37,587 nucleotides of DNA from a bacterium (GTDB lineage Bacteria > Hinthialibacterota > Hinthialibacteria > Hinthialibacterales > Hinthialibacteraceae), in the NCBI GenBank assembly GCA_963663405.2, contig CAXXSM010000121.1, positions 1 to 37,587 of the forward strand, in the 5' to 3' direction. Within the stretch, counting starts at the first letter, position 1. Every line of letters begins with the position of its first letter. The notes beneath the pieces were generated by a model. That model worked only from the letters and a program-made list of their open reading frames with translations, was not told where the DNA came from and did no database searches. The translations under genes and the position numbers were made by a program. This document shows positions 30,884 to 37,587 of the stretch, in pieces.

Positions 30884-30954
30884 TGTCTGTAATCACTGTT
30901 AATAGACATTAAAATTTTCGAAACGCTAGAAGAACTTAATGAGAGAATCATACC

Positions 30955-32052
30955 ATGATTAAGCGTCTAAAGAATAAACTGTTGTTAACACATCGATCAA
31001 TTTACGCCCTCCGATCGCCAAATGAAAATCGTGGGGATATTCAATCCGGGCGTCGCGGTTCTGGATGACGAAATCATTCTATTAGTTCGAGTCGCTGAAG
31101 CTCACTTGGAAACGACGGATACTCTTTTTTATTCTCCCAAAATCAGTAACAACCGAGGCGTAATTTCATATACATTCGAAAAGCATCAGAGCGCTAATTA
31201 CAAAGAACGGTTTATCGTTCAGCCAATCCAATGTAAATGACAAAACCCGTCTGCCCCATATCTCGCATTTTCGAATTGTTCGTTTGGAACGCGATGGTTA
31301 CACGGTTAAATCAATCGAAACCCATCCAGATTTGTACGGCGGCGTACTTGATTGCGAAGAATACGGCATCGAAGACGCCCGCATCACCCAAATCGAAGAT
31401 GTCTATTATATAACTTACGTAGGCGTTTTCCTCGACCATGAATGTATGTACATGTCTGATGAGCACTAGAGATTTCAAGCAATTCGAACGACATGGCATT
31501 ATCTTCGCATGTGAGAATAAGGATGTTGTCATTCATCCAGAGAAGGTCGACGGCATGTATATGTGCTATCATCGTCCTGTGCCCTCTATGCAGTTTTTGA
31601 AACCATCAATCTGGACGGCGCTATCGCCCGATCTCCTGCACTGGGGGCAACATAAATCTTTTCTTCCTGTAAACGATCACCCTCAGTGGGATTCATACCG
31701 CAATGGCGCGGGGACGACCTCCATCAAGACGCCCAGGGGATGGCTGCAACTTTATCATGGAGTCAAAATCATCCAGTTCGATCCATCCCCAATATTCCGT
31801 TACACAGCCGGAGCGGTTTTGGCTGACCGAGATAATCCACGGCAGGTCACAGCAAAATCGAGATCGTCATTGCTGAAACCCGAACAAGAATTTGAAAAGA
31901 AGGGATACATCGATAACGTCCTGTTTCCAACCGGCTGGGTAGAGGATATAGGGGAGCCAAATTGCATGATTGTCTTTTACGGCTGCGCCGACACAAACAT
32001 CGCCGCTGTAACGCTTTCCATAAACGAAATTTTGAATAACTCTGGATTCTGA
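30955..32052 (+). CDS. GH130-family beta-mannoside phosphorylase/hydrolase, split by indels
   Basis: FNPG..LLVRVAE, EEYGIEDARIT, ENKDVVIHPEK, YHRP, SPDLLHWG, GWLQLYHG, NVLFPTG, YGCAD. Confidence 0.88.
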
Positions 32053-32110
32053 TTGATCTCGATAGCAATTTACTTTTAATTCAATTTATAACTGTCAAGC
32101 AAGGATGAGA

Positions 32111-32411
32111 CTACCAAATGTGGCTATTACGCCCGAGTGGAAATTTGGAAATATTCCTTGTACCGAAGAATCCATAACTGTTCTTGAAGTGAATAGCGTG
32201 GTTCATGATATCTCTTCCATGTTTTCGCAAAATTTTAAGTTCTGTTTCCAATTGAAAAATGCGATTCCGTAGAAATTGGTTCTCGACTTCGGGATTGTTC
32301 TCCTCTTCAGCAAGGTATTTCATTTGCTTGAAACGAGTAACTCCCGTCCATCGAGCTGACAAGATGAGATCCTTTAAAAATCAAAGGAATTGCCGCTTGA
32401 ATTACCGTCAA
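32111..32411 (-). pseudogene. Decayed N-terminal fragment of a probable transposase
   Basis: Reading across frameshifts gives LTVIQAAIPLIF..ARWTG..ENQFLRNRIFQLETELKILRK..PRYSLQEQLWIL..EYFQI followed by stops; coiled coil plus HTH-like start resembling N-termini of rve-type transposases (from recall, not searched). Confidence 0.45.
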
Positions 32412-32537
32412 TAGTGGTCCCGTCTATGAGTATGTATTGAAATGGGATCCTATGTATTAACATCAATATTGTCAACTCTTTATCGGTGGACCGATTCTTG
32501 GATAACAAGCACACAGGTTTTCGTGTTAATAATAATA

Positions 32538-32569
32538 CGGCGCCGAACAGGAATTCAAATTCGGCGCCG
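32538..32569 (-). terminator. Probable intrinsic terminator of the giant surface-protein gene
   Basis: Perfect 10-bp stem CGGCGCCGAA/TTCGGCGCCG with 12-nt loop, followed on the minus strand by TATTATTATT, about 50 bp after the stop. Confidence 0.6.
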
Positions 32570-32619
32570 CAATTCTGGCAGGAGTTAATTTATCTTATCT
32601 TCTTTCTTCTGTCATATTG

Positions 32620-35600
32620 TCACTCCGCCCTGGGATAGATTTCAAGAGTTGACGTAAGAGTGAAGGGCCCATCATGTCCATTTTTCGTAGATGGCGAAGA
32701 ATCTGAATTTATAATTCTGGTTTGGATCGGGTCCGCTTTGGAATGGAATTGCAAGAACCTCCGCGCCAGCCATCCAGACAAACACGCGGGCATCCGCGGA
32801 GTCTGGCCTGCCGAGGTATTGATTAGAGCCGCCGTCGACGGATACGTAAATGTGTGAGTCGGTGAGATTACCTTCATTGACTCCCGTGTCCGTATAATCC
32901 CAGAACAACGCGATCGCGGGGGAATCGATTTCTTTCGTATACGGTGGGAAATTCGGATATCCAGATATTCCCAAGAGTTGTAATCGCTACAATTGTAAAC
33001 TGATAATCATTGCTGAGATCAGGTCCATCTACTGAAAGTGCGCTTCAAAATACTGGGCTCCAGCTTGTCCAGAGAAAAGAACGCGCTTCCCCATTACCGG
33101 GCCGGCCGAGATATTGTCGGCTGCTCCCTGATTTATGGATACGTAAATATGTGTGTCAATAATCGTGTTTTCATCAATTCCCGTTCCAGTGTAATCCCAT
33201 GCGATCAAGATTGACGGATCTTGAATTAACACGGGTGTCTGTGTTATGGTCGGAGTCAACGTTGGAATCTCTGTCGGTCTCATAGTCGCTGTTGGCTCCG
33301 GTCTTGGAGTCGGAGTGGAAATCACCGCATTGCCGTCAGGGAAGGTATCTATCCGGTGCACGATATCAATGGATTATAGTATATCGGCAATCCACTTGGT
33401 GTGATTTGATAGATGATAAACTGATAGGTATTGCTTAAATCAGGGCCATTATTAAATTCGGTCGATAGAATACCGGAATTAGCTTGCCAGAGAAACGCCC
33501 GCGCTTCTGCATTTCCTGGACGGCCCAAGTATTTGAAGCGCCCGCGCCATTCACTTGCACATACTCATGACTATCACCGACGTTGGTTTCATCAATACCC
33601 GCCAGCGCATAATCCCAGTAGATCACAATCGCGGGTTTGGTAGGAACCGGTGTCGCAGTAGCCGACGGAGTTTTTGTCGCCGTCGGCGGTGTTACAGGAG
33701 TCGCCGTCGGGATATCGGTCGTTGTCGGCTGCGCTTCTGGTGTCACTGTTGGGACATCCGTCGCAACCGATTCCGCTGTGGGAGAGGCCGTTGGGATTTC
33801 CGTCGCTGTCGGCTCCTCTACGACTGTAGTCGTTGGTGTTATCTCAGACGGTTCCGTAGCGGTTGGAACGGGAGTCGGGGTGTGAACGACTTCATCTCCT
33901 TGAGGGAACGTTCAACAGTGTGAACGATATCTATCCACGGAATCTTGACCAATAATAATAGCGTGAATCTCAAATTGATAAGTGGGTGTTCATATCCGGA
34001 CCGGAGGCGTAGGCATCCGCCACAAGCGCGCTATTGGCTTTCCACACAAAATGACGATCCACCGCGTTTCCTGTGTGTCCAAGAAATTCATAGTCTGACC
34101 ATTCACGGAAACATAGATTTCGGAATCGATCAAATTCTCCAAGTCGAGATCCAATCCCGCATAATCCCAATAAATAACGATTGACGCAGAAGACGCTTCT
34201 TCAGGTGTCGCGCTGGGCCGTTGGTGTCTCGCTGTCCCAGTTGGCGTTGCTGATGGCTCAAGTGTTGGCTTCACTGTCTCGGTTGGTGTCGCTGTGGGTT
34301 CAAGTGTGGGTGCGCTGCGTTTGTTGGGATGCTTGTCGCTGTTGGTACACTGGTATTCGTCGGCGCGCTTGTAGAAGTCGGTTCAGGAACTTCCGTTGGC
34401 AGGGTTCCAGTGATGGAGATATTCACCACCGCGTCGTTGGAAATTACACTGCCGGTGTGGGCGCGGAATGTAAAGGAATCTCCCCCAGTCGCATTCACAT
34501 TCGGCGAATAAGTCAAACTTCCGGAGAGGAGAAATTCGAAATCGTCCCCTTTGAGGGATTGCTTATAATACTGAATGTGATTGGATCACTCTCAGGATCG
34601 GATGCGGATAGTTGGATATTGACTGAACCGTTTAATTGGACACTTACACTTTGATTGTACGCTGTTGGAGGATCGTTTACCGCCTGGACAGAAATATGAA
34701 TCGTTGCGTCGGCGGAATCAACGCGCCATCCGTGCAGCGGAACGTAAAGGAATCGTTTCGGTGAAATCTTCCTTTGGCTCATAGTCCACGGTTCCCCGCT
34801 GTTGGATTGAATCCGCTTAATTCACCATCGGATGGATTCCCAGTAATTTCATAGGAGATGATCGAATCCGCATCTGGATCGCTTCCTGTAAGAGTAATAG
34901 GAAGATGCGTATCTTCATCCATTGAATATCCCTGGTTATTCGCGGTAGGCGCGCGGTTGCCGAGAATCGTCAATACAGCTGTATCCTGTGCGCCCAAAAT
35001 CGCGCCGGATGGATTGCTCAGCGCTAGATTGATTGTTTCGTCTCCTTCAAAAACAGAGTCTTTGAGGATCGGCACAGTAAATTGTTGACTGGTTTCGCCA
35101 GCCAGGATGTCAGGGCGCCGTTGGCTGTTGTATAGTCGGATCCAGCGAGAGCCGTTCCATTTGATGTGGTATAGTCCACGGTAACGGTCTCGGATGTGGC
35201 GACATCGAGCTGGACGGTAATCGTTGCGCTACCATCACCTTCACCCACGTTATTGGTTGCGGAACTGAATTCAGCTTTAGGTTGATTGACCTGGATCACA
35301 CGCGTTTTGAACGGTACTTGTTCCGCCATCACCATCGCTTATCACAAAACGCGCTGTGCGGTTTTGGACAACAATTATGCTGGAGGTGTTCTCATAACTC
35401 ACCCGGCGGATCAGCGCCTGCGCCGCTTGAGGAGTGGCGAATCCACTGTTGAAAGTGATCACGAGTGGAGTCGTTCCATTCGAACCCCCTGCGATTGTCC
35501 CAATTACATTTCCTTCGTATTCAATATTGTTTAATGAGTTGTCCACATCAATTTGGCCTGTCCCATCGCCTTCCGGCGCGATACCCAGACGATCGTTCGC

Positions 35601-37587
35601 TGTGGCGCCGACGGAGAAATCAACTGTTAAGGTTCCTCCATTGAAATCGGCGCTGTCCACATCGATGGCGGTCGCGGCGTCGTCAATCTGGATCGGACCG
35701 GTTCCATGTATGTATAAAAACATCGGTGTTTGTCAGTGTAATCGCAGGCGGATCGTTAACCGCGGTTACATTGATCGTCATGGTGTATGCGGAAGCGCTG
35801 TATTCCGTTCCGTCATTCACCTTGAAATCAAAGGTGGCGTAAGGTGATCCGTTAGCGTTCGCTACCGGTTTGAATTTCAATTGACTGGCGTCGATATCCG
35901 CTTTGCTGACTACATCGTTGTTGCTGAGCGCTTCACCGCCATCCACGACATCGTCGGTGTTCGCATCGTTATAGAGTGTCCCGGCGCCGGGAATGGATGT
36001 GATTTGAACCTGGGACAATGGATCGCTGTCAATATCACTATAATTAAAATCACTCGCCGCAAAGGTTTTTATCCGTGTCTTCATTTATCGTAATTGTATC
36101 GTTGGACGCGGTGGGCGCGTCATTCACAGCGGTCACATTGATCGTCATTGTGTACGTGGAAGCGCTGTATTCGGTTCCATCATGCACTTTGAAATCGAAC
36201 GTTGTATAGGGTGAGCCATTGCCATTCGCGACGGGCTTAAACGTCAATTGCCCCGCGTCGATATCCGCTTTCGAGACGGTGTCGTTATTGCTGAGGGCTT
36301 CCCCCCCATCGACAACACCGTCCGTGTTCGCGTCGTTGAAAAGCGTCCCGGTTCCAGGGATGGCGGTTATTTGGACCTGGGTCATGGAACTGCTTTCCAC
36401 GTCGCTGTAATTGAATTCACTGAACGTGTAAGTTTATCCGTGTCTTCATTCGTTGAGACGGTGTCGTTGGACGATGTGGGCGGATCGTTAACCGCGGTCA
36501 CATTGATCGTCATGGTGTATGCGGAAGCGCTGTATTCCGTTCCGTCATTCACCTTGAAATCAAAGGTGGCGTAAGGTGATCCGTTAGCGTTCGCCACCGG
36601 TTTGAATTTCAAATGACTGGCGTCGATATCCGCTTTGCTGACTACATCGTTGTTGCTGAGCGCTTCCCCACCATCGACAACACCGTCGGTGTTCGCATCG
36701 TTATAGAGTGTCCCGGCGCCGGGAATGGATGTGATTTGAACCTGAGATAATGGATCGCTGTCAATATCACTATAATTAAAATCACTCGCCGCAAAGGTTT
36801 TATCCGTGTCTTCATTTATCGTAATTGTATCGTTGGACGCGGTGGGCGCGTCATTCACAGCGGTCACATTGATCGTCATTGTGTACGTGGAAGCGCTGTA
36901 TTCGGTTCCATCATGCACTTTGAAATCGAACGTTGTATAGGGTGAGCCATTGCCATTCGCGACGGGTTTAAACGTCAATCGCCCCGCGTCGATATCCGCC
37001 TTCGAGACAGTGTCGTTATTGCTGAGGGCTTCCCCGCCATCGACAACACCGTCCGTGTTCGCGTCGTTGAAAAGCGTCCCGGTTCCAGGGATGGCGGTTA
37101 TTTGGACCTGGGTCATAGAACTGCCTTCCACGTCGCTGTAATTGAATTCACTATAAGCGAAAGTTTTATCCGTGTCTTCATTCGTTGAGACGGTGTCGTT
37201 GGACGATGTGGGCGGATCGTTAACCGCGGTCACATTGATTGTAATCGTATACGAAGACGCGCTGTATTCCGTCCCATCATTCACCTTGAAATCAAAGGTG
37301 GCGTAAGGTGATCCGTTAGCGTTCGCCACCGGTTTGAATTTTAACTGGTTGGAGTCGATATCCGCTTTCGAGACGGTGTCGTTATTACTGAGGGCTTCCC
37401 CACCATCGACAACACCGTCGGTATTCGCATCGTTATAGAGTGTCCCAGCGCCGGGAACGGATGTGATTTGAACCTGAGATAATGGATCGCTGTCAATGTC
37501 ACTATAATTAAAATCACTCGCCGCAAAGGTTTTATCCGTGTCTTCATTTATCGTAATTGTATCGTTGGACGCGGTAGGCGCATCATT
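32620..37587 (-). CDS. Giant repetitive surface protein/adhesin (3' part, 5' end outside window; many indels)
   Basis: Collinear minus-strand ORF fragments: five 122-aa cadherin/Ig-like repeats (VNDAP/VNDPP..NEDT), a DVDSADFNGGTLTV domain, Calx-beta (TALAGSDYT..D..FEGDET), two Big_9/tandem-95-like domains, Pro/Thr linkers and four WDY-containing C-terminal domains. Confidence 0.88.
35747..37587 (-). repeat. Intragenic tandem repeat: 366-bp units alternating A/B (732-bp period), about five units visible
   Basis: GGCGGATCGTTAACCGCGGT recurs at 35747, 36479 and 37211 (732-bp spacing); each protein unit is 122 aa. Confidence 0.95.

Noticed and set aside
33431-37141. Plus-strand ORFs rich in V/G/A over the giant gene, and the many other short antisense ORFs in the track
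   Set aside because: Shadow ORFs of the Pro/Thr-rich and repetitive coding strand

Overview
This is a bacterial window with many secreted and carbohydrate-active genes. The style of the GspG-like prepilins and of the C-terminal domains suggests an uncultured candidate-phylum lineage (OLB16/Hinthialibacterota-like), which is an inference. Left end: a partial sigma-54 activator, a sigma-54 promoter with tandem enhancer sites, a small ORF, and a chemoreceptor with two extracytoplasmic CZB zinc-binding domains. The chemoreceptor is split by a 1987-bp ISL3 element with an 8-bp target duplication. The ISL3 carries an unusual 3' extension: a three-stem structured motif and a second diverged copy of the transposase 3' end. 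Middle (5.9-25.6 kb): intact genes for secreted glycosidase-like proteins, three Tat-exported sugar enzymes, an alpha/beta hydrolase, a beta-helix protein, and two orphan prepilin/pseudopilin-like proteins with identical N-termini and variable aromatic-rich cores. Two palindromic MITE-like repeats flank a membrane-protein gene. Right: decayed IS remnants flanking a glycosidase-like / SSS transporter / GH130 cassette, then the 3' part of a giant surface protein. That protein has 366/732-bp tandem repeats with EF-hand-like loops, Calx-beta and cadherin-like domains, Pro/Thr linkers and four copies of an unrecognised C-terminal domain. Most frameshifts at the two ends of the window are probably sequencing indels.
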